Origin: Candidatus Saccharimonadota bacterium
GTDB lineage: Bacteria; Patescibacteriota; Microgenomatia; UBA1406; GWC2-37-13
Assembly: GCA_001790095.1 (NCBI GenBank)
Contig: MGBH01000001.1
Coordinates: forward strand, 120,001 to 152,000
Direction: 5' to 3'
DNA length: 32,000 nt
Positions 8,703 through 16,727 of this stretch are shown here, one piece after another (within the stretch, counting starts at the first letter, position 1; every line of letters starts with the position of its first letter). The notes under the pieces are model-generated. The model made no database searches, was not told the origin of the DNA, and saw only the letters and a program-made list of their open reading frames with translations. The translations under genes and the position numbers were made by a program.

Positions 8703-9683
8703 ATGGATATATTTAAGCCCATTCAACTGTTTGCCAATCTTGCCACATATCAGTGGCTCCGCATTGTCCCTCATTCTTATTGGGGAGAAACTATTAATTT
8801 TTTTATTTACGATACCATAAAAATAGGCTTACTTCTTATTGTCATAAATTATTTTATGGCATTTACGCGCTATTACTTTCCAATGGGAAAAGCACGGGAT
8901 CTGCTTCTAAAACGAAGATGGTTTGGATTAGATTATTTCTTTGCTGCCATACTTGGAGTCGTTACTCCTTTTTGCTCATGTTCATCCATCCCTCTGTTTA
9001 TCGGATTTGTAGGAGCTGGTATTCCACTTGGCGTAACTTTTGCTTTTCTTATTAGCTCACCGCTGGTGAATGAATCATCTCTTTATCTTTTCCCCGCCAT
9101 GTTTGGGATGAAGGTGACAGTCATTTACAACGTGTTTGGTATATTAATTGCGATGGTTGGAGGTTTTCTTATTCAAAAGTTGGGCATCGAGAAATATGTA
9201 AAGCCAGAGCTCTTAAAATTTAAGTCTCGAGTCCAAGTTGAGAAGGAAAATGGGGGAGCACCACTTCCACTTGTCGAACTATTGAAGTACTTTTGGAGTG
9301 ATGGAATGAATATCACAAAAAATGTATTCCCCTATGTGGTACTTGGGGTGAGTATTGGAGCTCTTATCCACGGATTTGTTCCAGCCACACTTGTTGAGAA
9401 ATATCTTGCCATTAAGCAATGGTGGACGATTCCACTTGCTGCACTTTTAGGAGCCCCTCTTTATGCGAATTCAGTGAGTGTTATACCTGTTATGGAAGCA
9501 TTGGTCAAAAAGGGGGTTCCCTTGGGGACCGCACTTTCATTCATGACTGCAATCGTTACTATCTCAATTCCTGAATCGATGATATTAAAGAAAGTCATGA
9601 AATGGCAACTGTTGGCTGCATTTTTTGGGATAACAATAGTCGGAATCATGATAATGGGATGGATCTTTAACGCTATTTTATAA
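8703..9683 (+). CDS. ArsP-like permease (DUF318 family)
   Basis: 326 aa, multi-TM, with the family-typical TPFCSCSSIPLF motif. Confidence 0.8.
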   Translation: MDIFKPIQLFANLATYQWLRIVPHSYWGETINFFIYDTIKIGLLLIVINYFMAFTRYYFPMGKARDLLLKRRWFGLDYFFAAILGVVTPFCSCSSIPLFIGFVGAGIPLGVTFAFLISSPLVNESSLYLFPAMFGMKVTVIYNVFGILIAMVGGFLIQKLGIEKYVKPELLKFKSRVQVEKENGGAPLPLVELLKYFWSDGMNITKNVFPYVVLGVSIGALIHGFVPATLVEKYLAIKQWWTIPLAALLGAPLYANSVSVIPVMEALVKKGVPLGTALSFMTAIVTISIPESMILKKVMKWQLLAAFFGITIVGIMIMGWIFNAIL

Positions 9684-9692
9684 ATTCAATTA

Positions 9693-10190
9693 TTGAATAT
9701 GAAATTCAGCAAACAAAATGTTTTCTTTGGGATTGTAATACTTATTCTTGTTGGTCTCATCGTAAATGAACTTATGTCAAAAAAAGACATAGTGGTTAAG
9801 GAAGATACACAAGCACAAGTAGTTACACCAGGAGGAGCTGATGAGACCCCACAAGTAAAAAAAGCAGATAAGATTATCGTTGCAAATTTCCATGCAACAG
9901 CAAGATGTGCTTCTTGTACCGCACTTGGTAGACTATCTGAAAAGACTGTGATAGAGCAATTTACCAATGAAATAGCGAACGGAAAAATCGAATTTAAATC
10001 CATAAACGTTGATCTTCCAGAAAATGAAGAAATAGCAAAACTCTATCAAGCAACAGGATCATCTCTTTATATAAATGCCATAAAAGATGGTAAGAACAAT
10101 ATTGTTCAAAACATGAAAGTATGGCAGTACTTGTCAGATGATCAGGCATTTGTGAATTATTTAGAAGCACAACTCAAGGCATTATTATAA
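9693..10190 (+). CDS. membrane-anchored thioredoxin-like CxxC protein
   Basis: 165 aa. One N-terminal TM helix, then FHATARCASCTALG in a Trx-like context. Possibly the family annotated as ArsF-like; not certain. Confidence 0.55.
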   Translation: MNMKFSKQNVFFGIVILILVGLIVNELMSKKDIVVKEDTQAQVVTPGGADETPQVKKADKIIVANFHATARCASCTALGRLSEKTVIEQFTNEIANGKIEFKSINVDLPENEEIAKLYQATGSSLYINAIKDGKNNIVQNMKVWQYLSDDQAFVNYLEAQLKALL

Positions 10191-10192
10191 CT

Positions 10193-10921
10193 ATGGATCT
10201 AACTCGTCTTATTTATGGATTTATTGATTCACACAATATTCCTTTGCTATCGGCGTTTCTTATTGGATTGCTTACCTCAATAAGCCCTTGTCCGCTCGCA
10301 ACAAATATCACTGCTATTGCTTATATTTCCAAAGATATAAAGAAGCCTAAAAATACTGTATTAAACGGTCTTTTTTATACATTCGGGAGAGTAATAAGCT
10401 ACTCTCTTCTTGCAATACTTATTTATTTTGGTTTATCAACATTTAAGGTATCCCGTTTGTTTCAAGGATGGGGAGATAAGGTCCTTGGACCGATCTTAAT
10501 CATTCTTGGTTTGATCATGCTTGATGTAATAAAGCTCAACATAAAAACAAGTAATCCTCAGATTGAGAAGTTTAAAGTATGGATTGCGACAAAAGGATTT
10601 TTAGGCGCTCTTCTTTTGGGGATGTTGTTTGCTTTCGCGTTCTGCCCCTATAGTGGAGTACTCTTTTTTGGGGTTCTTATTCCACTCATTCTCAAATCAA
10701 AAGAGGCATTGCTACTTCCTCCTTTGTTTGCGCTTGGCACAGGTCTCCCGGTTATTCTTTTTTCATTTCTAATAGCATTTAGCATGAAGAGGATGAGCAA
10801 AGCATTTGCTGTTGTCTCCAAAATAGAAAAAGTAACTCGATACATTGTTTCAATTATTTTTATCGGCGTAGGTCTTTTCTATTTGCAGTATTTGATCAAC
10901 TATTTAGTTCGTGTTCTCTAA
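10193..10921 (+). CDS. CcdA/DsbD_2-like thiol-disulfide membrane protein
   Basis: 242 aa, about 6 TM helices, membrane Cys motifs SISPCPLA and FAFCPYSG. Starts 2 nt after the upstream stop. Confidence 0.7.
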   Translation: MDLTRLIYGFIDSHNIPLLSAFLIGLLTSISPCPLATNITAIAYISKDIKKPKNTVLNGLFYTFGRVISYSLLAILIYFGLSTFKVSRLFQGWGDKVLGPILIILGLIMLDVIKLNIKTSNPQIEKFKVWIATKGFLGALLLGMLFAFAFCPYSGVLFFGVLIPLILKSKEALLLPPLFALGTGLPVILFSFLIAFSMKRMSKAFAVVSKIEKVTRYIVSIIFIGVGLFYLQYLINYLVRVL

Positions 10922-10988
10922 GCAGTTTTAATTGGGTTTGAATCTATTTGCCCCGCTCTTATATAGAATGTTGTGGTGGGTAAAAGCC

Positions 10989-11020
10989 CGAACCCTTTAC
11001 ATATAAATTTAGAATAGTAA
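10989..11020 (-). repeat. degenerate outlying copy of the island repeat core
   Basis: CGAACCCTTTACATATAAATTTAGAATAGTAA resembles the core GAACCTTTTACGTWCAAATTTAGTATGGTAA. Lies 8 nt downstream of the CBS gene stop. Confidence 0.4.
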
Positions 11021-11027
11021 CTTTTGA

Positions 11028-12170
11028 TTAACTATCTCTTCTTGCTTGTTTTTTTACTTGATTGATCGCTTCCTTAGTATTTTGCATGAAATCCCTATCC
11101 TTACTACTTGCAAAAAAAGTAGCAGAGTCTGTAGTAATTTTGAGTTTAACTTCAAATAAAATAGGTTTTCTATCAGGGTTATATACTGTTTTGGATGAAA
11201 AGCGCACTAATTGTATTTTATATTGCTTGTTTATCCATACAGCAGCTGATCTTATTTCACGGTTTATTTTCTTTTTTTCTTCTTCGCTTAATTCTTGGGG
11301 AAGTTTACTTATTATTGTAAGAAGTGCAGGAGTTTTTTGAGTAATCCAAACAGCAGTCTTAAGAAGATCATTTGTTGTATAAATAAATAAAGGCTGACGA
11401 TCTTTATCAACAATGACAATGGAATTGTATCTACTTGTGATTAGAGTTTGAATAACTTTATATGTATCTATCGGCTCATAGAGTTCATTAAAAATCGGTG
11501 AAACAAACTTCATCAATAGTTGGCTATCTTGTTTTATTTTTTCTACATCAAATGAATAATTCTTTACCTTAGAGCGTGTTGAAAAACGCTGTTTGTTCGA
11601 GGAAGAATAATAAGGAGCAAAAATATCTCTTTTTGTTACCATTCCTTTTATTTTTTTATTACTATCCACAACAATTAACCGCGAAACTGAATATTTTTGA
11701 AACGCCTGATATACATTTCCAATATTGCTTTTCTCTGGAATTGTTAAGATATTTCTCTTTGGCATATTTTCTAATATTTCCTCATAAAAAACACTATTTG
11801 ACATAAGGTTTTTGAGAAGGGATTTTACCTTCACAAGGCCAATCACTTTTTCACTTTCATCAAAAACAGGGAGGGTATAAAGTTTTAATTCGCTCATTAC
11901 TCTCAGAATCTCTCCAATTGGAGTATCGATGAGAATTCTTGGAGGGGTTATGAGGCAAGAACGAATAAGCGTTGAAGAATTATGCTTTCTATTAAAAAGG
12001 GTATTTTGAACTGTCACTAAGCCCATAAATTTTTTATCATCTCCATATACCAGAAGTGGAGTATGGGTATTTTGGAAGCGATTAACTATCGCTGATATTT
12101 TATTGTCAATATGACAAATGAGACGAGACGGTATAACTTGCATTTTGAATCCATTATTTAAATTATTCAT
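11028..12170 (-). CDS. four-CBS-motif protein with C-terminal HPF/RaiA (S30AE)-like domain
   Basis: 380 aa. Two CBS pairs (residues about 10-280). The C-terminal ~95 aa (KIQLVRFSS...ILFEVKLKITTDSATFFASSKDRDFMQNTKEAINQVKKQ) follows the beta-alpha-beta-beta-beta-alpha pattern of ribosome hibernation factors by eye. Confidence 0.75.
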   Translation of the reverse strand: MNNLNNGFKMQVIPSRLICHIDNKISAIVNRFQNTHTPLLVYGDDKKFMGLVTVQNTLFNRKHNSSTLIRSCLITPPRILIDTPIGEILRVMSELKLYTLPVFDESEKVIGLVKVKSLLKNLMSNSVFYEEILENMPKRNILTIPEKSNIGNVYQAFQKYSVSRLIVVDSNKKIKGMVTKRDIFAPYYSSSNKQRFSTRSKVKNYSFDVEKIKQDSQLLMKFVSPIFNELYEPIDTYKVIQTLITSRYNSIVIVDKDRQPLFIYTTNDLLKTAVWITQKTPALLTIISKLPQELSEEEKKKINREIRSAAVWINKQYKIQLVRFSSKTVYNPDRKPILFEVKLKITTDSATFFASSKDRDFMQNTKEAINQVKKQARRDS

Positions 12171-12242
12171 GAATAAAGTATAAACAGTTCATTTCGATAT
12201 TAAATTGATTTCAATGACACTTACATAGGTATTTAAGTCAGC

Positions 12243-12554
12243 TCATCGAAAAACTGAGATTATGAGAGCTATAATGATTATGATCACGATAATGTTTGGG
12301 AGTCCGGCAAAAAACGCAAAAATTCCTAGAACCGAGAGTATCCAGAGTAGGAGTAATACAGAAGCTATAGCCTGAAAGGGCGGAGGCAACAAACCTATGG
12401 CCCAACCGACTACAAGTAATATAAGTACTTCCCATAAAGTAACCATGTGACCGTTGATCGAAAAAAGAGAGATATTCGGAATCGATAAACCCGTTATAGG
12501 AGCATATCCGAGGAACCAGAGAATCAAAAGAATAATAATTATTGCGATTATCAT
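12243..12554 (-). CDS. small hydrophobic membrane protein (lmo0937/DUF5670-like, apparently duplicated)
   Basis: 103 aa, almost entirely hydrophobic. LILWFLGY and LLLWILSVLG segments look like two family units. Its start is 3 nt after the yggT-like stop. Confidence 0.55.
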   Translation of the reverse strand: MIIAIIIILLILWFLGYAPITGLSIPNISLFSINGHMVTLWEVLILLVVGWAIGLLPPPFQAIASVLLLLWILSVLGIFAFFAGLPNIIVIIIIIALIISVFR

Positions 12555-12557
12555 AGA

Positions 12558-13007
12558 TTAAATTGTTTCAACATCTTTTGGTGTAATTGGGTAAATAATA
12601 TCTAGAAGATAGACCAATCCCCATACGATGCAAAGATATACAACGGCCGCAATTATCGTGGACCATTCAATGATAGAAGACCCTCTGGTAGATATATTAA
12701 AAATTCCCTGAAATGGAGCAGCCAAAGGATCAGTTAGTAAATAGATAAGTCCGGTAAATCCGGTGTATGCGTTTGCACCTAATGCTTTTAAAATTACCCT
12801 AAATCCAAGAAGTACCTCAATGAAACCGAATACATACCAGATAATTTGACTGAACCTGAATATTGTTTTTTTCTTTTCATACACTTTTTGAGGTGCTTCT
12901 CCTTTTGCCTGGGGTTCAACCTGCTTGGTTGTTTTTGTAACAACTGTTTGAGGAGTTTGATTGTCAGTCACGATAACCTCTTCTTGTATGTTGTCATTCT
13001 GTATCAT
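12558..13007 (-). CDS. YggT-family membrane protein with polar N-terminal extension
   Basis: 149 aa. IWYVFGFIEVLLGFRVILKALGAN...LTDPLAAPF fits the YggT repeat. Confidence 0.7.
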   Translation of the reverse strand: MIQNDNIQEEVIVTDNQTPQTVVTKTTKQVEPQAKGEAPQKVYEKKKTIFRFSQIIWYVFGFIEVLLGFRVILKALGANAYTGFTGLIYLLTDPLAAPFQGIFNISTRGSSIIEWSTIIAAVVYLCIVWGLVYLLDIIYPITPKDVETI

Positions 13008-13042
13008 AGTAATTTAAGTTTATGACGTAATGACAAAAAATA

Positions 13043-13101
13043 CTGTAATCTGTGAAGGTGTTTTAATGTGAGGTTGACGACAATTTTCCTGTAATCTGTG
13101 A
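13043..13101. repeat. 13-nt direct repeat CTGTAATCTGTGA x2, 46 nt apart
   Basis: Exact copies at 13043..13055 and 13089..13101, between the Crp/Fnr gene end and the yggT-like start. Contains a CRP-type TGTGA half-site. Confidence 0.5.
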
Positions 13102-13119
13102 TGCTAAACGTAGTATACG

Positions 13120-13764
13120 TCAGCTAAGTTCGAGCTCAAGATTTTTTATATTTTCAAAAAGTATAGAATGATCAACATATTTAATCAATTTTTTCTTCTC
13201 TAGTTTTATCATTTCAAGACTCGCTGTTTCCCTAGTGACTCCCACCAACGTAGCAATATCTTGTTGGGTAAAACGGTGTCCGACAAGTATTCCTTTATCT
13301 GTTGGTTCACCAAAATGTTTTGTTATATAAAGTAATATCGAAATAACTCTTCGGTAAGCGTCACTAAATACCAGATGCTCTACACGTTTTAGTGTTTCAG
13401 CGTAATCTTCTAGTAGTTCGCTCATAAGCTCGAAAATGACAGTTGGTTTATCCTTTATAAAATTGACTACTTTGTCACGGGGTGCGCGCCCGACTTCAAC
13501 TGGAGTCAATGCTTCAAAAAAGTAGACATTCGGAGTACCGTTGATTGCCCATACCATAGGAAAATAGGAAATTGGCTTGAGAATATGAAGCGATAATTCG
13601 TAGCCTGTTTTAGAAATTGTATATTGTCTAACATACCCTTTTAAGAGGCAAAAAATCCCTTGTGGATCATCATCAGCCCGGATAAGCATCTCATTTTTTT
13701 TATAGTTTCGAATACTGAATTGTTTGTAGAACGTTTCGAACTCTTTTGTATTGAGAGTATTCAT
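13120..13764 (-). CDS. Crp/Fnr-family transcriptional regulator (copy 1)
   Basis: 214 aa. cNMP-binding-like beta-roll followed by a C-terminal HTH (QQDIATLVGVTRETASLEMIKLEKKKLI). Confidence 0.9.
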   Translation of the reverse strand: MNTLNTKEFETFYKQFSIRNYKKNEMLIRADDDPQGIFCLLKGYVRQYTISKTGYELSLHILKPISYFPMVWAINGTPNVYFFEALTPVEVGRAPRDKVVNFIKDKPTVIFELMSELLEDYAETLKRVEHLVFSDAYRRVISILLYITKHFGEPTDKGILVGHRFTQQDIATLVGVTRETASLEMIKLEKKKLIKYVDHSILFENIKNLELELS

Positions 13765-13835
13765 AGGAGTGGGATTATATTTTACACAAACATTATATTA
13801 AATAAATCTACGATATGCAATCCCAATGCCGATAA

Positions 13836-13865
13836 GCCAGCAGTGCTAATGTTAGTACTGCTGGC
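13836..13865 (-). terminator. 9-bp perfect-stem hairpin downstream of the 42-aa micro-ORF
   Basis: GCCAGCAGT (13836..13844) pairs with ACTGCTGGC (13857..13865). In minus sense it is followed by TTATCGGCATT, a weak U-tract. Confidence 0.35.
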
Positions 13866-13885
13866 CTAGCATGGAAAATGCAACA

Positions 13886-14014
13886 CTACTTTGCATTCTT
13901 TACTTCCGGTTTTGAAGCAACATCTTTTGCGGCGATTTCTGTCTTTTTTACTTCCTCACCGATTTTAGCTGTTGCAGGCTTTATTTCTTCCTTTTTATCT
14001 TTATATTCCATCAT
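13886..14014 (-). CDS. 42-aa Lys/Glu-rich micro-protein (not in the ORF track)
   Basis: Hand translation: MMEYKDKKEEIKPATAKIGEEVKKTEIAAKDVASKPEVKNAK. Strong SD GGGGGGTGA about 8 nt upstream, the same SD style as the DUF5320 gene. The opposite-strand track ORF 13878..14060 has no SD. Confidence 0.45.
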   Translation of the reverse strand: MMEYKDKKEEIKPATAKIGEEVKKTEIAAKDVASKPEVKNAK

Positions 14015-14061
14015 GTTTTTTTCACCCCCCATTCAGTACTTTAATGTTTTGATAATCTAAA

Positions 14062-14259
14062 TCAGCCTACTGGTGAAAATAGTACATTGAATAAATCATT
14101 CAATAGGCTGCCCTTATATAGTTCATATGGCCATTTTTTGGAAACAAACTTTTTGATAAATGAACTATCCCATTTATAATTTTCCGTAACTGCAATTGAC
14201 TTTGCCGTCAATTTTGTAAGCGAGATTGAGTTTATTGATTCAGATTGTGTGGTGTTCAT
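14062..14259 (-). CDS. hypothetical 65-aa protein
   Basis: ORF only. ATGA overlap with the upstream 68-aa ORF. No family recognised. Confidence 0.3.
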   Translation of the reverse strand: MNTTQSESINSISLTKLTAKSIAVTENYKWDSSFIKKFVSKKWPYELYKGSLLNDLFNVLFSPVG

Positions 14260-14462
14260 ATAACTGGAGTATAATCTGTGGTTTTATTACGTTCAGTAAT
14301 GAAGATCTTAATAATGTAGCGATCTGGCTTGTCTAACTTTAATGACTTAGATTGCATATATGATGGAAGTCCAACCGGAGTAATAAATATTGGTCCGAAA
14401 TGATGAAAAACCTGCCTTCCGGCAGGTATTCGATCAATTAAATTTTCAATGATTTTTCCCAA
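14256..14462 (-). CDS. hypothetical 68-aa protein
   Basis: ORF only. Overlaps the TrmB 3' end by 25 nt. IPAGRQVFHHFGP faintly recalls GyrI-like domains; could be a decayed gene. Confidence 0.3.
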   Translation of the reverse strand: MGKIIENLIDRIPAGRQVFHHFGPIFITPVGLPSYMQSKSLKLDKPDRYIIKIFITERNKTTDYTPVI

Positions 14463-15223
14463 ACAGAGTAAAAATAATCTCTTAAGGCCTTTGAAAGACC
14501 GGAACTGTTTATTTTTACTGTAATTCTTTCTCTTGGATTCTTAGGGTTATTTACTGCTAAAAGTGATTTTTCACCATCAACTATTTGTAGATGAAAACCC
14601 CAATCTGGGAAATGGCGTATTTCCAATCCATTTTTTTCCAGATTTTTTAAAAATTCTTGATTTTCTTTATCGTATTTATGAGCAATCATTCGGACAATAA
14701 CACCTCTTTCTATTGCTCTTTTGTTGGCTAATATTAAGTCAGAAGTAGATGGTTCACCAATAGATACAATTAATACTTCTTTTTGGGAATCTTTTATTAA
14801 AGTTTCAGAAGCACTAAAGAAATCCTGTTTACCAGCAATAACATCAATTTTAGTTGAAGAAGATTGTGATTGTTTGTTTGCAAGAAATGTATTAATTTCT
14901 TTAGCCTCCTTTTCTAATTGTAAAGACTTTTCTTTCACATAAGCTGATAGTGCTAGCTCTGAGGGTAAAACATAAAAAGTTAAAGGAGAGCTGGTTATGA
15001 TGGCGACGAGTTTTTTTTCTTCAAGCTTTTTAATTATACGATAAACTGCATGAGGAAGAATATTCATACGTGAGGCTATCTCTTTAGCAGGCAAGACCCC
15101 TTCTTTAGTAAGGGTTAAATAAATCTCTGCTTCCTGTTTTGAGAGACCAAGTTTAACCAATTTTGGTAAAAGGGATAGGTCAATTTTGTGCTTAAAACGG
15201 GTTTTCATTTGATACTTCATCAC
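14438..15223 (-). CDS. TrmB-family transcriptional regulator
   Basis: 261 aa. N-terminal LGLSKQEAEIYLTLTKEGVLPAKEIASRMNILPHAVYRIIKKLEEKKLV winged HTH plus a C-terminal TrmB-type domain. Confidence 0.85.
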   Translation of the reverse strand: MMKYQMKTRFKHKIDLSLLPKLVKLGLSKQEAEIYLTLTKEGVLPAKEIASRMNILPHAVYRIIKKLEEKKLVAIITSSPLTFYVLPSELALSAYVKEKSLQLEKEAKEINTFLANKQSQSSSTKIDVIAGKQDFFSASETLIKDSQKEVLIVSIGEPSTSDLILANKRAIERGVIVRMIAHKYDKENQEFLKNLEKNGLEIRHFPDWGFHLQIVDGEKSLLAVNNPKNPRERITVKINSSGLSKALRDYFYSVWEKSLKI

Positions 15224-15275
15224 GATATTTTAACAAATTAATGTTAAGAAGTCAAACAGATGTTAACATATCTCT

Positions 15276-16727
15276 ATGAAGAGAAAAATCATATGGAAAC
15301 ATCTAATGAGCAGAAGGTGGACAATCCTTCGTACTGAACTATTTACCAAGGGTTACGTAGAGCCACTAAAAAATTATATTGGTATTCCCAATAGAGAATT
15401 GTTAGTAACTAAAGAATTGGAAACAAGTTCTCTTTACAATAGTTTGGATAGCATGAATGAAATCTCGTTGGCACTATTGAATAAATTAAAGAATGATAAA
15501 GATTTTGGCTTACGTATTTATAAAGACTGCATTAAATCTTGCGAATATCTTGTACAAGTTTCCAAAGATGTATCTCAAGGGAACTTTAAATCCCTTTCTT
15601 CACAGACTCTTGTAAAAATTTTTGATATTTATGTAGATACAGCTTTAAACTTCACACCATTTTTAGCACTTCCTCCTAATTACGAAATGTATATTATTGA
15701 TGAGATAAATCAGAGCCTGGTTGAAAAAGTGGGAGACAGTAAGTCTGAAGAATATCTCCAAAAACTAATGAGTCTCAAAGAATACCCCTTTCAAATGCTA
15801 GAACAGATAGATTTAGCAAATATTGCATTAAGAATAAAACTTAAAACTGATATCAATAAAGCATTGATAGTTCATAAGCGCAAATACCAATGGTTATCCT
15901 GTTACAACTTTGATGAGGTAGAATTTTCATTAGAAGACTTCAAGAAAAGGTTAGAGATTCTACAGGAACTTTCTTTTTCAGAACTTAGTAACAAGGTTAA
16001 TTGTATGATTGAAAAGCTAAATTCGGACAAAAATGAGTTTCAGAGAGTTATAAATAAGCTTGGTTTGTCAAACGGACTAATAAATAAGATAAAGTTGTTG
16101 AGAGAGTTTGTTTTTCTAAGAACCTATAGGATTGAGATGAATTCCCAGTCCAATTTCTATCTCAAGCCCCTTTTAAGAGAAATTTCAGAACGGGGAAATA
16201 TATCGGTCAGGCAACTTGCTATGATGCTGTCTGATGAAATTAAAACAATGCTATTAGAAGGAAAAGTTCCAAATTCCGTAAACTTCAAAGATAGGGAGAA
16301 ATATGCAGTGTTTTGGTTACATAATGCAAAATATCATTATGCTTTTGGTTCTAAAGCAAAAAAGGTTATTTCAAAACAGATCGTTGACGTGAAAAAAGGC
16401 AACCAAGCTTTATTTGTAAAAGGGACAACCGCCTCACTTGGAAAGATAATTACTGGGAACGTAAGACTAGTAAACAAACATAATATGAGCGAATTTAAAA
16501 AAGGAGAAATCTTGGTTACTACTATGACTTCTCCAGAATTAGTTCCAGCTATGCATAAAGCTGCTGGGATTGTGACTGATGAGGGAGGTGTCACTTGTCA
16601 TGCGGCTATAGTATCCAGAGAATTTAACATTCCATGCATTGTGGGAACAGGTAACGCGACCAAAGTATTTAAAGATGGAGATTTTATTGAAGTTAATACC
16701 GAATTTGCTACAGCAAAAATTATATGA
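15276..16727 (+). CDS. PEP-utilising-enzyme mobile (swivel phospho-His) domain protein, copy 1, with unrecognised N-terminal region
   Basis: 483 aa. C-terminal GEILVTTMTSPELVPAMHKAAGIVTDEGGVTCHAAIVSREFNIPCIVG is a canonical PF00391-type swivel domain. The N-terminal ~390 aa are helical, with no ATP-grasp motifs seen. Confidence 0.85.
   Translation: MKRKIIWKHLMSRRWTILRTELFTKGYVEPLKNYIGIPNRELLVTKELETSSLYNSLDSMNEISLALLNKLKNDKDFGLRIYKDCIKSCEYLVQVSKDVSQGNFKSLSSQTLVKIFDIYVDTALNFTPFLALPPNYEMYIIDEINQSLVEKVGDSKSEEYLQKLMSLKEYPFQMLEQIDLANIALRIKLKTDINKALIVHKRKYQWLSCYNFDEVEFSLEDFKKRLEILQELSFSELSNKVNCMIEKLNSDKNEFQRVINKLGLSNGLINKIKLLREFVFLRTYRIEMNSQSNFYLKPLLREISERGNISVRQLAMMLSDEIKTMLLEGKVPNSVNFKDREKYAVFWLHNAKYHYAFGSKAKKVISKQIVDVKKGNQALFVKGTTASLGKIITGNVRLVNKHNMSEFKKGEILVTTMTSPELVPAMHKAAGIVTDEGGVTCHAAIVSREFNIPCIVGTGNATKVFKDGDFIEVNTEFATAKII

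Noticed and set aside
14062-14462. The two small ORFs as halves of one frameshifted GyrI-like/SRPBCC pseudogene
   Set aside because: The resemblance rests on one short motif (IPAG..F.H.GP). The order of the halves does not fit a single domain, and the ATGA junction is a normal coupled stop/start. Left as low-confidence hypotheticals.
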